Assembly: GCA_009885285.1 (NCBI GenBank)
Contig: VFKX01000093.1
Coordinates: 1 to 53,646, forward strand
Source of the DNA: Candidatus Falkowbacteria bacterium
Lineage (GTDB): Bacteria > Patescibacteriota > Patescibacteriia > Patescibacteriales > UBA12465
DNA: 53,646 nucleotides
Reading direction: 5' to 3'
Part shown: in pieces, positions 31,420 through 41,375 of the stretch
How the letters are laid out: every line of letters begins with the position of its first letter
Position numbering within the stretch: the first letter of the stretch is position 1
The notes under the pieces: generated by a model
What the model saw: the letters and a program-made list of their open reading frames with translations, nothing else
What the model was told of the DNA's origin: nothing
The model's database searches: none
Position numbers and translations under genes: made by a program

Positions 31420-32943
31420 TTATTTTAAAGCTTTTTCCAGTGCTTCCTTGGCGAGTTTGGGATTGGCCTTACCTTGGGTTTCGGCCATCAGCTTGCCAAG
31501 CAGGAACTGGATGACATTAACCTTGCCGGCTCTATATTGGGCAGTTTGATCGGGATTGGCATCCAGAACTTTCTGGGCGGCTTTGTCCAAAGTAGCGCTA
31601 TCATCAATCTGCTCGAGGCCGGAATCGCGCATAATGTCAGTGGGGTCGCCACCTTTGGCATACATTTTTTCTAAAATATTCTGACCGGTGGTGGAATTAA
31701 TCTTGCCTTGGTAGATTAGGCAGGTTAATTCGGCGAAATTTTCCGGTGTGATTTTCAGGTCGGCAATGTTTTTATTATCGGCATTCAAGTGCTTAAGCAG
31801 AGGACCGCTGATCAGGTTGGCAGCGGCTTTGGCTAGGCGCCTTTCCTGACGGGCTTCATCATCGCCGTTTGCTTCTATCCAGGCATCAAGCTCAGATATT
31901 ACTTCCTCGGTCCAATTGGCCAGTTTCTTGTCGCTAGTTAAAACATCGGACATTTCGGGAGAGAGCTTGTATTCTGAAATGAAGCGTTGTCTCTTGGCAC
32001 CGGGCATTTCCGGCAATTCTGCGGTCAGGCGTTCCAGCCAGGCATCGTCAATAACTAGAGGAGGAATATCTGGTTCAGGGAAGTAGCGGTAGTCAGCGGC
32101 CGTTTCCTTGACGCGCTGGCTGACAGTTTGGGATTTATTTTCATCCCAGCCTCTGGTTTCAGCGACTATTTTTTCTCCAGCCTCGAGCGCTTCTGTCTGC
32201 CGCTTGATTTCAAAATTAATGGCTTTTTCAACGGAGCGGAAGGAGTTAATATTCTTAACTTCTACCTTCGGGTTCAGTTCATTAGTTCCGCCAAAAATAC
32301 TTTTTTTCTTCGGAACAATCAGCCCATCCTTATATTCCCAGCTGCCGGCTTTCTGCACACTGACATTAGCTTCGCAGCGCATCTCGCCTTGTTCCATATC
32401 CGCGTCGCTGACGCCGAGGTAGCGCAGGACTTGCTGGAAGGCTTGGCAGAATTTCTTGGCTTGCTCGGCGCTCGCAATCACTGGCTCGGTGACCATCTCC
32501 ATTAGCGGCGTACCGGCCCGGTTAAAGTCGAGCAGGGTATAATCAGAATCTTTTTTATGGGTCGATTTACCAGTATCCTCTTCTAAATGGATACGGGTAA
32601 TTTGGATATTATCGCCGTCCACTTCCAGGCTTGCCTCGTAAACCAGGGGCTGGTCATATTGGGTAATCTGGTAGCCTTTAGGCAAATCCGGATAGAAATA
32701 ATTCTTGCGGTCGAACTTGGACGAACGGTTAATCTTGCCGTGCAGAGCTAGGCCTGTGAGAATGGTCGCGTCAATTGCTTTGATGTTCGGGACTGGCAAA
32801 GTGCCTGGATGACCGAGGCAAATCGGGCAGACAGCAGTATTGGCAGCCAGGCCAGCAGAGTCGTTATTGCAGGAGCAGAACATCTTGCTCTTGGTTTTTA
32901 ATTCGGCGTGGATTTCCAGGCCGATGATGGTATCGTATTTCAT
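31420..32943 (-). CDS. gatB: Asp/Glu-tRNA amidotransferase subunit B
   Basis: IGLEIHAEL, FDRKNYFYPDLPKGYQITQ, IHLEEDTGK, NRAGTPLMEMVTEP, DYRYFPEPD. Confidence 0.98.
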   Translation of the reverse strand: MKYDTIIGLEIHAELKTKSKMFCSCNNDSAGLAANTAVCPICLGHPGTLPVPNIKAIDATILTGLALHGKINRSSKFDRKNYFYPDLPKGYQITQYDQPLVYEASLEVDGDNIQITRIHLEEDTGKSTHKKDSDYTLLDFNRAGTPLMEMVTEPVIASAEQAKKFCQAFQQVLRYLGVSDADMEQGEMRCEANVSVQKAGSWEYKDGLIVPKKKSIFGGTNELNPKVEVKNINSFRSVEKAINFEIKRQTEALEAGEKIVAETRGWDENKSQTVSQRVKETAADYRYFPEPDIPPLVIDDAWLERLTAELPEMPGAKRQRFISEYKLSPEMSDVLTSDKKLANWTEEVISELDAWIEANGDDEARQERRLAKAAANLISGPLLKHLNADNKNIADLKITPENFAELTCLIYQGKINSTTGQNILEKMYAKGGDPTDIMRDSGLEQIDDSATLDKAAQKVLDANPDQTAQYRAGKVNVIQFLLGKLMAETQGKANPKLAKEALEKALK

Positions 32944-32961
32944 ATATTTTTAACGCAATTA

Positions 32962-34299
32962 TTAAAATTGACCGGTGCTGCCGAAGCCGTCAGCTTGACG
33001 GTCGGTAGAGTCAATGATTTTTTCTTCACTGACAATCGGCGAGGCAATCGGCTGGATTAAAATTTGAGCAATTTTCTGTTCCGGCACGATATTGAAAATT
33101 TCTTCGCTTAAATTCTTGACGATTACTTTAACCTCGCCGCGGAAGCTAGCATCAATGACTCCGCCCATCAGCGTTATACCTTGCGAGGCTAATCCGCTCT
33201 TATCCCAGATTAAGCCGACATGGCCGTTAGGGATAGCTATTTTGATGCCCGTACTGACCAATTCTTGGCTATAAGGAGGGATGGAATAATAATCGTTGGC
33301 GTAAAGGTCGTAGCCGGCATCATGAGTATATGCCTTGAAAGGTAATTTGGCACGGGGATTAGTTTTTTCAATAATTAATTTCAGTGGGGCGGTGACCGTT
33401 GGGATGATTGGATTATTATTTACTGTCTTCGGGATATCGACGCTAATTGTTTCAGTGATGGAAACTCGGTCCACAATTTTTTCTGCCATTACTTCCGGCT
33501 TCTGAGCTGGCTTATTGCCTTCAAAGATTAACTCTCGGTTATTGATAATCTGGCGATTAGAGCCGATGATATTGCTAATAGCCTGGAAGCCGGTGCCTTG
33601 GAAATTTTCACCGACGATAATCCTCTTAACTACCGGCCAGACTAACATACTTATTTCCTCACGGCTGAGGATTTCATTATTGCGGGTACAATTGATTAAA
33701 CGGAAATTCGGAAAGCTATTGGTGATTTCCAGGTAAACTCTCTCGGCTCTTTTCAGATGCTCAAGATTATCTTCATGGATATCGGTTTTTTTACCTTCCC
33801 AGTCTTCCCGGGCTCGGTTCTTCGCCATTTTCTGAGCAATGTCGGCTTCGACGTGGAGAATGATAGAAATATCCGGTCTCGGGATTTCAAAAATCTTATA
33901 CTCCAGATCATAGAGCCAATTGAAATATACTTTTCGCTCCAGTGGATTTTCAATCTTGCAGCCTTGGTGTCCCATGTTGGCGCTGGTATAGCGATTGGAT
34001 AAGACTATCTTGCCTTCAGATAACCATTGCCGAATTTTAAAGCTGGCGTCATAGCGATCAACGGCATAAAAGATGGAAGCTTTATATGGCCCGACTTCAT
34101 CAGCTTGGCCAAATTTTCCTGACAAGTATTCTTCAACCAGGCCGGCTGACTTAGTATTGTATTGCGGGAAATCCGCCAGAGCGACATCATAGCCATCTGC
34201 TTCCAGGCGCGCCTTAAGCAAAGCGAGCTGCGTTGATTTGCCGCTCCCGTCTGTGCCGTCGATGACGATAAATTTTCCGGATAATTCATTCTTGATCAT
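32962..34299 (-). CDS. tmk: Thymidylate kinase-dUTPase fusion protein (Tmk-Dut)
   Basis: N-terminal FIVIDGTDGSGKSTQ, FP, SNRY, PDISI; C-terminal AGYDL, WDKSG, GVIDASFRGE, KIAQI, GFGSTG in one frame. Confidence 0.9.
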   Translation of the reverse strand: MIKNELSGKFIVIDGTDGSGKSTQLALLKARLEADGYDVALADFPQYNTKSAGLVEEYLSGKFGQADEVGPYKASIFYAVDRYDASFKIRQWLSEGKIVLSNRYTSANMGHQGCKIENPLERKVYFNWLYDLEYKIFEIPRPDISIILHVEADIAQKMAKNRAREDWEGKKTDIHEDNLEHLKRAERVYLEITNSFPNFRLINCTRNNEILSREEISMLVWPVVKRIIVGENFQGTGFQAISNIIGSNRQIINNRELIFEGNKPAQKPEVMAEKIVDRVSITETISVDIPKTVNNNPIIPTVTAPLKLIIEKTNPRAKLPFKAYTHDAGYDLYANDYYSIPPYSQELVSTGIKIAIPNGHVGLIWDKSGLASQGITLMGGVIDASFRGEVKVIVKNLSEEIFNIVPEQKIAQILIQPIASPIVSEEKIIDSTDRQADGFGSTGQF

Positions 34300-34323
34300 A
34301 AATCTGGGCTGCTGGTAAATTGG

Positions 34324-34890
34324 TTAAGCTTGAGTCTGGTTTTCTGTTTCGTTAATTATTTTATCAATTTGAGCATAAAGATCTTCCACACTGCCGTTAT
34401 TATTGAGGTGATGCTTGGCAGTGGCCATGACCTCAGGAATAGTTAATTCTGTTTCTTTTTGGTGGTCGGCTAGAAAATCTTCAAAGGTCTTATTGCTATC
34501 GCCGATATTTTCATTACGGAAACGGGCTCTGTCAAAACGTATTTTTGGGTCAGCGTCTATGCTAATCAGGATAAATCCTGGAATACGGTTCAGATATTCT
34601 AAGTCCGGGAGGCGCCTGACACCATCCACTACTACGAGGGAGGCAGGGGAGTTGTTGGCGTCGCTGGCTATGACTTTAGCCAGTAGGTCTTGGCCGAAAG
34701 TCTGTCTGGCCCAAGTTGATAAAGTGATAATGTTTTCCCGGCTCGTCGGCACACTGAGGCGGTTTAAGACATCGCGTAAGATGCTGGAAAAGCGGAAGCT
34801 CTTAGCCTCATATTTGCTTTCCAGATATTTCTTGCAGACATCCTTGCCGCTCGCGATTGGGCCAGTAAAGCCGAGGATAATTTTAGGCAT
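34324..34890 (-). CDS. P-loop nucleoside/nucleotide kinase (dephospho-CoA-kinase/dNMP-kinase-like)
   Basis: GFTGPIASGKD, VVDGVRR, RFDR, NNNGSVEDL. Confidence 0.75.
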   Translation of the reverse strand: MPKIILGFTGPIASGKDVCKKYLESKYEAKSFRFSSILRDVLNRLSVPTSRENIITLSTWARQTFGQDLLAKVIASDANNSPASLVVVDGVRRLPDLEYLNRIPGFILISIDADPKIRFDRARFRNENIGDSNKTFEDFLADHQKETELTIPEVMATAKHHLNNNGSVEDLYAQIDKIINETENQTQA

Positions 34891-34892
34891 AA

Positions 34893-36182
34893 TTATTTTT
34901 GGATGATATCCGCTAAGCCGCGACGGATATCCCAGTCGTCAAGCCCTAAATCGGAGTATAGTTTTAAATTAGGAAATTTTTCAGTGACGGCTTGATGCAT
35001 CTGGTGGGCAATATGTCTGAGTGACGGATGAACTGTCTTGTTTGACCGGAGCTCGATGACATAGGCCACGGCCGGCAGCGGGAAGGTGAAGCGGCAGGCA
35101 ACATTAAAGCCGATGGCCGTATAATATTGTTTAATTTCTGGAGTAGTCTCCAGTTTGTTAATCAGTTCTGTCTGAGCATTGATAAGGGTTTGAGCGCTCG
35201 CGCGGAGATCGTCCGGAAGTTGCTGCAAGTACCAGTCATGGAAGCCGAGGTCAGTAGTTAAGAGGGGCATGCGGCAGAGGCCGCTGCGATGGCGCTGGAT
35301 ATCGCGGAAAGACCCGTAGTCCAGGATGAAGTTAAAGGTGCAAGTTCCCAAGTCGCCTAAGAAATTTGGCAATGCAGTTTTCATCGGCCGGCTGTCTATT
35401 ACCTCCTGGTATTTCTGTAATTCATCCTTGCCGATGGTGGTCGTCATGGAAAAAGCCACGGGATTGGCCGGTGAAAAATATGAATATTTCCCGACAGTCG
35501 CGGCGCGGTAAGTTTCTTGGTCGTCCTGCTCGACATGGGAAAAGCTATGGGAATATTTTTCTTTTAATTTAGCAATCATTAATTCCGCGGTGGTCCGGGT
35601 TTCCTGGAGAGGGTGATGGCGGAGTAGCGCGAGGTGGTCCCAGGCTTGCCGGAGATTGGTATGCCAGCTTAATTGGGTTGTGATCCCGGCCGGCAGGAAA
35701 CCGCGCATAATATCAAAGCCGCGCGCTTTAATAGCTTTGGTATAGACGGTTTCATCTTCGTTCTCTTGGCGAGGATATTTTTCCTTGAGATACTGCTGAA
35801 TTTTTTCTTGATTGTTGTTATAGAACGCCATCCAGTTATTCAGTATCTGTTTTGACTCAGTAGTTCTGAGCGGATCAATGATAGCGCGGCGCCCCATATC
35901 GATATAGCGGGTGCTGGTTTCTTGGCCGCTATAGAGCTGCCAGTCCTGGATAGCCTTATCACTCAGGATGCTGATGTCTTCAATAAATATAGTAGTACTG
36001 CCGCAGTCAGCAATGCTTGCATGGCCATAACCGACATAGAAAGTGGCCATGAATTTTCCGGAGCCGCTCTGCTTAACTTTCTCGACGTGCTCGGTGACAC
36101 TTTTCGGACTCCGGGAATAGAGAGCCTGCATCATAGCCACATCCTCCGGACCGAATTCATCGTAGATATAAATATTGGACAT
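34893..36182 (-). CDS. thyX: FAD-dependent thymidylate synthase, double-length ThyX type
   Basis: YGHASIAD, QETSTRY, RGFLPAG..T, FRDIQRHRS. Confidence 0.85.
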   Translation of the reverse strand: MSNIYIYDEFGPEDVAMMQALYSRSPKSVTEHVEKVKQSGSGKFMATFYVGYGHASIADCGSTTIFIEDISILSDKAIQDWQLYSGQETSTRYIDMGRRAIIDPLRTTESKQILNNWMAFYNNNQEKIQQYLKEKYPRQENEDETVYTKAIKARGFDIMRGFLPAGITTQLSWHTNLRQAWDHLALLRHHPLQETRTTAELMIAKLKEKYSHSFSHVEQDDQETYRAATVGKYSYFSPANPVAFSMTTTIGKDELQKYQEVIDSRPMKTALPNFLGDLGTCTFNFILDYGSFRDIQRHRSGLCRMPLLTTDLGFHDWYLQQLPDDLRASAQTLINAQTELINKLETTPEIKQYYTAIGFNVACRFTFPLPAVAYVIELRSNKTVHPSLRHIAHQMHQAVTEKFPNLKLYSDLGLDDWDIRRGLADIIQK

Positions 36183-36207
36183 AAGTTCTTATTTATTCGT
36201 TGCTGAG

Positions 36208-36717
36208 TTATTGATCCTGATAAGTGGTTGTCTCGGAGCTGATCAAGGAATATTCGATGTTGGCTTCTTGAAAGATTTCTTTGCTCCTGGAGCCGGCATG
36301 GTAGTCCTGGGCGCAAACGATGCGCTTGATACCAGCATTAATAATCATTTTGGCACAGGCATAACAAGGAGTCATTTTGCAGTATAAGGTGCCGCCTTCG
36401 AGCGCGATACCCATGCGGGCCGCTTCACAAATCGCATTCTGCTCAGCGTGGGCAGTTCGGATGCAATGCCTGGTCTGAGTGCCGTCGTGATGAGTGACGG
36501 TATGCATTTCATGGCCGACTTCATCGCAATGGGGCAAACCGACCGGAGATCCGGCGTAACCGGTGGAGACAATACGGCGATCGCGAGTAATAACACAGCC
36601 CGCTCGACCCCGGTCGCAAGAACCACGACTACCGACCATTTCTACAATTTTCAAGAAATACTCATCCCAGGAAGGGCGGTGATAAGGAACGGATTCAAGC
36701 TCGTTTTCTGTGGTCAT
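36208..36717 (-). CDS. dCMP deaminase (ComEB family)
   Basis: RPSWDEYF, HAEQNAI, PCYACAKMIINAGI. Confidence 0.92.
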   Translation of the reverse strand: MTTENELESVPYHRPSWDEYFLKIVEMVGSRGSCDRGRAGCVITRDRRIVSTGYAGSPVGLPHCDEVGHEMHTVTHHDGTQTRHCIRTAHAEQNAICEAARMGIALEGGTLYCKMTPCYACAKMIINAGIKRIVCAQDYHAGSRSKEIFQEANIEYSLISSETTTYQDQ

Positions 36718-36884
36718 AAAATATATATTAAGTCCTAGGAATCACCTCTATTTTAACCTATTATCCAAATTATTAAAATCTTGACAGATGTGTTTTTATG
36801 TTATTGCGGCCTTTTAAAATGCTTAAAAAGAGGATAAACTATAGGCATATCCGAGGATGATGCGGTTTACCCCCTTTTTAATAT

Positions 36885-37151
36885 ATGATGACCAAATATC
36901 GAGATAAATTAGCTAATAATAAAGAACTGTATCTTAGCGTCAAGGTTTTGACCGGAGCCAGTAAAACAGCCTTAATGGAAGTTATGGCTGATGAGACCTT
37001 AAAGATTGCCGTGGCGGCTGTTCCGGAGAAAGGGAAGGCTAATACTGAGTTGATTAAGTTCTTAGCTCGGGAACTCGTGGCCGACAAGGGAGATATTAAA
37101 ATTATCAGCGGCGGGAGCGACAGGCATAAGCTGATTAAGATTATTAAATAA
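36885..37151 (+). CDS. DUF167/YggU-family protein
   Basis: LKIAVAAVPEKGKANTELIKFLA, IISG..RHK. Confidence 0.85.
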   Translation: MMTKYRDKLANNKELYLSVKVLTGASKTALMEVMADETLKIAVAAVPEKGKANTELIKFLARELVADKGDIKIISGGSDRHKLIKIIK

Positions 37152-37157
37152 TTATCT

Positions 37158-37994
37158 ATGGACCTCTCAATCATTATTGTGTCTTGGAACGTTAAAGATA
37201 AGCTCAAAGCTAACTTAGAGGCTCTTTTTAATTCAGAAGGAGTAGCTCATTTTGAAGTTTTTGTAGTTGATAATAAATCTGATGATGGCAGCGCGGCCAT
37301 GGTTAGAGCTGATTTCCCACAGGTCAGGCTAATTGAAAATCAAGAAAATCTGGGCTTTGCCAAAGCCAATAATCAAGCTATTAAATTAGCCAGTGGCCGC
37401 TTTATCTTATTGCTTAATCCGGATATGCGCGTCCGGCCGGATACCTTGAAAAATATTTTGGTTTGGATTGAAGATAATATGCCGGTTACCGTCTGCGGCT
37501 GCAAGTTAGTTGATGAGCAGGGTGCTGTCATTAAGCAGGTCCGCCGCTTTCCGAAGTTATTTGATCAATTAATGGTCACCTTAAAAGTTCCGCATATTTT
37601 TCCAGGAGTAATTAATTCCTATTTGCAAAGTAAATTTGATTATAGTCAGGCGGCTCGTGTTGATTCTATTCGCGGCGCTTTTTTCTTGATTAATACTGAG
37701 GCTTATAAGAAAATCAGTGGGTTGGATAAACCGTTTTTAGATGAAAGCTATTTTGTGTGGTTTGAAGAAGTTGATTTTTGCCGAGAAGTTTATCGCCTGG
37801 GCGGGGAAGTCTGGTATACGCCGACGGCTGAATGCGTTGATTATGTCGGAGCTAGTTTTAATCAATTGAAGAAGGGCAAGGCTCAAGAATATTTCAGCGA
37901 TTCCATGCTCAAATATTTTCAGAAATGGGAGCAGAGAGGTGATTATCTGATATTGCAAGCCGCCTGGAAAGCCGTTAGATTGCTGATAAAATAA
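37158..37994 (+). CDS. GT2 glycosyltransferase (WbbL-like)
   Basis: SIIIVSWN, VVDNKSDDGS, NLGFAKANN, LLNPD, FEEVDFC. Confidence 0.9.
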   Translation: MDLSIIIVSWNVKDKLKANLEALFNSEGVAHFEVFVVDNKSDDGSAAMVRADFPQVRLIENQENLGFAKANNQAIKLASGRFILLLNPDMRVRPDTLKNILVWIEDNMPVTVCGCKLVDEQGAVIKQVRRFPKLFDQLMVTLKVPHIFPGVINSYLQSKFDYSQAARVDSIRGAFFLINTEAYKKISGLDKPFLDESYFVWFEEVDFCREVYRLGGEVWYTPTAECVDYVGASFNQLKKGKAQEYFSDSMLKYFQKWEQRGDYLILQAAWKAVRLLIK

Positions 37995-38000
37995 ATATTT

Positions 38001-39068
38001 ATGAATAAAAAAGTCGGAATTATCCTGATTAACTACAAAGACTACGCGGCCCGCTTCTTGGAAGCCTGTCGCGATTCTTTGCGTGCTCAGGATTATCCAG
38101 CCGAGCTTACTAAGATTTACATAGTCGATAACGCTTCGACTCTGGAAACTGAGAAATACCTGCATGATATTTATCCTGAGGTTATTGTTTTGACCCGCTC
38201 TGACGGTAACTATGCGGCCGCTAATAATCTTGGCTTTTATCGAGCCATGCAGGATGGCTGCGAGTATTTGGTAACGGCCAATATGGACACAGTGATGGCT
38301 TCCGCCTGGCTTTCGGAGTTAGTTAAGGCTCTAAATGATAACCTGGAGGCCGGCATTGCCCAGTCAAAAATATTATTATTCCCGCGCACTGAGGAAGAGA
38401 AGAAGAGTCCGCGCCTCAATAGCCTCGGCAATATTATCCATTTTTTAGGCTTCGGCTTTACCTCTGGCTATGGCGAGCCTGATAGACAAGTTGCTGGTTA
38501 TCCGGAAATCAAAGGTTATGCCAGCGGTTGCTCATTTATTATTCGGGCAGAAATTTTTAAAACAATCGGCGGCTACAGCGAGGAATTCTACATGTATCAC
38601 GATGATTTGGAATTAAGTCTCAAGGTTCGCTTGGCAGGGCATAAGATAATCTTGGCGCCGCAATCAATAATATTTCATAAGTATGAATTTTCCCGCAGCG
38701 TCCGCATGCTCTATTATATGGAACGAAATCGTTATTTGACTATTCTAATATATTACCCGAATCGCCTGTTCTGGCTGATTTTGCCGCCTCTACTCGCTAT
38801 GGATCTAGTGATGCTTGCTTATTCGCTGGTAGCGGGCTGGTCAAAAGAGAAGCTGAGGATTTGGCAATACTTCTTGCGCCATGAAAACTTCGAAAAAGCA
38901 CGGCTGGTGCGTGAGGGGGTGAATAAATATAAAGTTATAAATTTTTCCGATATCGCCAACGATTTTGCCGGTCGAATTGAATTTCAGGAAATTGCGAATC
39001 CGCTTTTGAGATATATTGGCAATCCTCTCATGGCCGGGTACTGGAAACTAATCAAGAAAATTATTTAA
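38001..39068 (+). CDS. GT2 glycosyltransferase
   Basis: ILINY, IVDNAS, AANNLG, ANMDT, SGCS, MYHDDLELS. Confidence 0.9.
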   Translation: MNKKVGIILINYKDYAARFLEACRDSLRAQDYPAELTKIYIVDNASTLETEKYLHDIYPEVIVLTRSDGNYAAANNLGFYRAMQDGCEYLVTANMDTVMASAWLSELVKALNDNLEAGIAQSKILLFPRTEEEKKSPRLNSLGNIIHFLGFGFTSGYGEPDRQVAGYPEIKGYASGCSFIIRAEIFKTIGGYSEEFYMYHDDLELSLKVRLAGHKIILAPQSIIFHKYEFSRSVRMLYYMERNRYLTILIYYPNRLFWLILPPLLAMDLVMLAYSLVAGWSKEKLRIWQYFLRHENFEKARLVREGVNKYKVINFSDIANDFAGRIEFQEIANPLLRYIGNPLMAGYWKLIKKII

Positions 39069-39077
39069 GGTAATTAT

Positions 39078-39893
39078 ATGGATTTATCAATTGTGATTGT
39101 AAATTATAAGAGCCGGGATAAGCTTTTGAATTGCTTGAAGTCAATCGCCGGAATGACGAGTCCTGATATTGCTTATGAAGTAATAGTGGTTGATAACGCT
39201 TCTGGCGATGATTTGAGCGGTTTAATGGAAGTCTATCCTGAGCTGCAATTAATTGAGAGTCCGAATAATCTGGGTATGGGCGGCGGAAATAATCTTGGTA
39301 TCACGGCCGCTCAGGCTCCCTATGTTTTTATTCTTAATCCGGATACAGTTATTCAAGGAGAGGTGATTTCCGTATTGTTTAATTACCTTAAGGCTCATCC
39401 GACTGTCGGTCTGGTAGGGCCGAAATTATTATATCCTGACGGATCCCTGCAATTATCTTGCTCCCGCTTTCCGAGTTTCTTTATGCCGCTCTTGCGGCGG
39501 ACTTTCTTGGGTGAATATTTTAAGACGGCACGTGACCGCTTTACTATGACGGATTTTGACCATAATTCCATTAAGCCGGTTGACTGGCTCATGGGCTCAA
39601 GTCTAATGTTCCGTAAAGAGATTGCCTTAGCCGACGGCAGTCAGTTCTTGCCGCGGTTTGATGAGCGTTACTTTATGTATTTTGAAGATATCGATCTGGC
39701 TCGTCAGTTCTGGACAAATGGTTTTCAGGTGGTCTATAATCCAGAGGCAGTCATTATCCATGACCATCAGCGCCAGAGCGCCAAATATCCTTGGTATATT
39801 GCCGTCATCGTCGATCGGTCCGCTTGGTGGCATATTCAGTCCTGGCTTAACTATTTTGCAAAATGGGGGTTAAGATCCCATAAAAATAAATAA
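39078..39893 (+). CDS. GT2 glycosyltransferase (WbbL-like)
   Basis: VIVNY, VDNAS, NLGMGGGNN, LNPD, FDERYFMYFEDIDL. Confidence 0.9.
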   Translation: MDLSIVIVNYKSRDKLLNCLKSIAGMTSPDIAYEVIVVDNASGDDLSGLMEVYPELQLIESPNNLGMGGGNNLGITAAQAPYVFILNPDTVIQGEVISVLFNYLKAHPTVGLVGPKLLYPDGSLQLSCSRFPSFFMPLLRRTFLGEYFKTARDRFTMTDFDHNSIKPVDWLMGSSLMFRKEIALADGSQFLPRFDERYFMYFEDIDLARQFWTNGFQVVYNPEAVIIHDHQRQSAKYPWYIAVIVDRSAWWHIQSWLNYFAKWGLRSHKNK

Positions 39894-39894
39894 T

Positions 39895-40767
39895 ATGAAA
39901 AAAATTCGCAAAGCAATATTCCCAGTAGCCGGCTTTGGTACCCGTTTCCTGCCAGCCACTAAAGCTCAGCCGAAGGAGATGCTGATGGTGGTTGATAAGC
40001 CGGTTATCCAGTACTTGGTGGAGCAGGCGGTGGCGGCTGGTATTGAAGAAATTATCTTCGTGACGGGACGCGGCAAACGCGCCATTGAAGATCACTTCGA
40101 TTATTCTTTTGAATTAGAAAAGACCTTGGTAGAGAAAAATAAGCTCGACTTATTGCAGAAGGTTAAGGAAATCGAGAACCTAGCGAAGTTTTCATATGTC
40201 CGCCAGCCTATTCCATTAGGAGACGGGCATGCGGTTCTATGCGCGGCTCATTTAGTTGAGGAGGATGAGCCGGTGCTTATCATGTTCGGCGATACTTTGT
40301 ATGATGCGGCTGTCCCGCCGATTAAGCAAGTTATCGATCTCTATGAAAAATATGGCGATCCGGTAGTGGGATTATCCGAGGTTGATAAGAGCGAAGTGAA
40401 TAGGTATGGAGTAATTTCCGGAACTGATTTAGGAGAGGGGAACTTTGAAATCAAAAAGTTTATAGAAAAACCTAAAGTCGAGGAAGCTCCGTCAAACTTA
40501 GCGGCTGTCGGCATTTATGTTATTACTCCAGAGGTGCTTACTGTCTTGGGAACCATGCAGTCAGGTAAGTCTGGCGAAATCCGTTTGGCTGATGCCTTTG
40601 ATTTGATGTTGGAAAATAATCGTCCGCTGTACGGCAAGAAAATTGAAGGGGAATGGCTGGATACCGGTAATAAATTTAATTTTTTGAAAGCTTCGATTAA
40701 GTTCGGCTTGAAGGATGAAGAAATCGGTAAGGATTTGCAGAAATTGATCAATGAGCTGGCGAAATAA
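39895..40767 (+). CDS. galU: UTP-glucose-1-phosphate uridylyltransferase
   Basis: KAIFPVAGFGTRFLPATKAQPKEML, VRQPIPLGDGHA, GEIRLAD. Confidence 0.95.
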   Translation: MKKIRKAIFPVAGFGTRFLPATKAQPKEMLMVVDKPVIQYLVEQAVAAGIEEIIFVTGRGKRAIEDHFDYSFELEKTLVEKNKLDLLQKVKEIENLAKFSYVRQPIPLGDGHAVLCAAHLVEEDEPVLIMFGDTLYDAAVPPIKQVIDLYEKYGDPVVGLSEVDKSEVNRYGVISGTDLGEGNFEIKKFIEKPKVEEAPSNLAAVGIYVITPEVLTVLGTMQSGKSGEIRLADAFDLMLENNRPLYGKKIEGEWLDTGNKFNFLKASIKFGLKDEEIGKDLQKLINELAK

Positions 40768-40798
40768 TTAGTGGAATTAAAATACATTCTTAGGCAAT

Positions 40799-40826
40799 AA
40801 AAAAGCTACTGAAAACAGTAGCTTTT
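40799..40826. terminator. Bidirectional terminator
   Basis: AAAAAGCTACTG-AAAA-CAGTAGCTTTT. Confidence 0.85.
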
Positions 40827-40861
40827 AAGTGTAAATTTAATTTGTTTTAAATAATATCACT

Positions 40862-41311
40862 TTAAGGATTAGTAGTTCTTGGTCGAAATATCATCGATCC
40901 ACCGCCATCCTTTAATGTGAAAATAAGATAGTCATCATCAATTCGATAACTTTCCGTGTTCATGATGCCGTTCATGTATTCGTATTCCTGACTTTCTTCG
41001 CAACCATCAGTATCAGCACCAGTGAAGGAACCGAAAGATATTTTATCCCCGTTTAGTTGATATTGGGCTCTGTAATTATTGCAATCGGACGTGCAGAATA
41101 TGGTGTCATTCATATTAAAGAATAGTCCGAAAGAAGCGGCTAGTTTTGGTCTGATCGAGCCAGTACCGCTTTTATAAAAACTGACCCATTGCCAACTGGT
41201 GTTCTGTATCGAAGTTACCGGTTTTCTTTGGCTGGTCTGGCTGTAGGCTGATGAACCTAACGGCATAATAGCGAATAGAGCTATTACTAAAAAAATCATT
41301 CGAATTCTCAT
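40862..41311 (-). CDS. Secreted META-domain (HslJ-like) protein
   Basis: Signal peptide; W.W, DCNNY...Y, ISFG, C, Y.I...L, GGSMIF pattern; own promoter TTGACA(41375-41370)-17 nt-TATAAA. Confidence 0.75.
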   Translation of the reverse strand: MRIRMIFLVIALFAIMPLGSSAYSQTSQRKPVTSIQNTSWQWVSFYKSGTGSIRPKLAASFGLFFNMNDTIFCTSDCNNYRAQYQLNGDKISFGSFTGADTDGCEESQEYEYMNGIMNTESYRIDDDYLIFTLKDGGGSMIFRPRTTNP

Positions 41312-41375
41312 GGTATCTCTTTTTAGAATGTTAAATAACTGTCAACTTTATATCATTTATAACTGATATTGTCAA

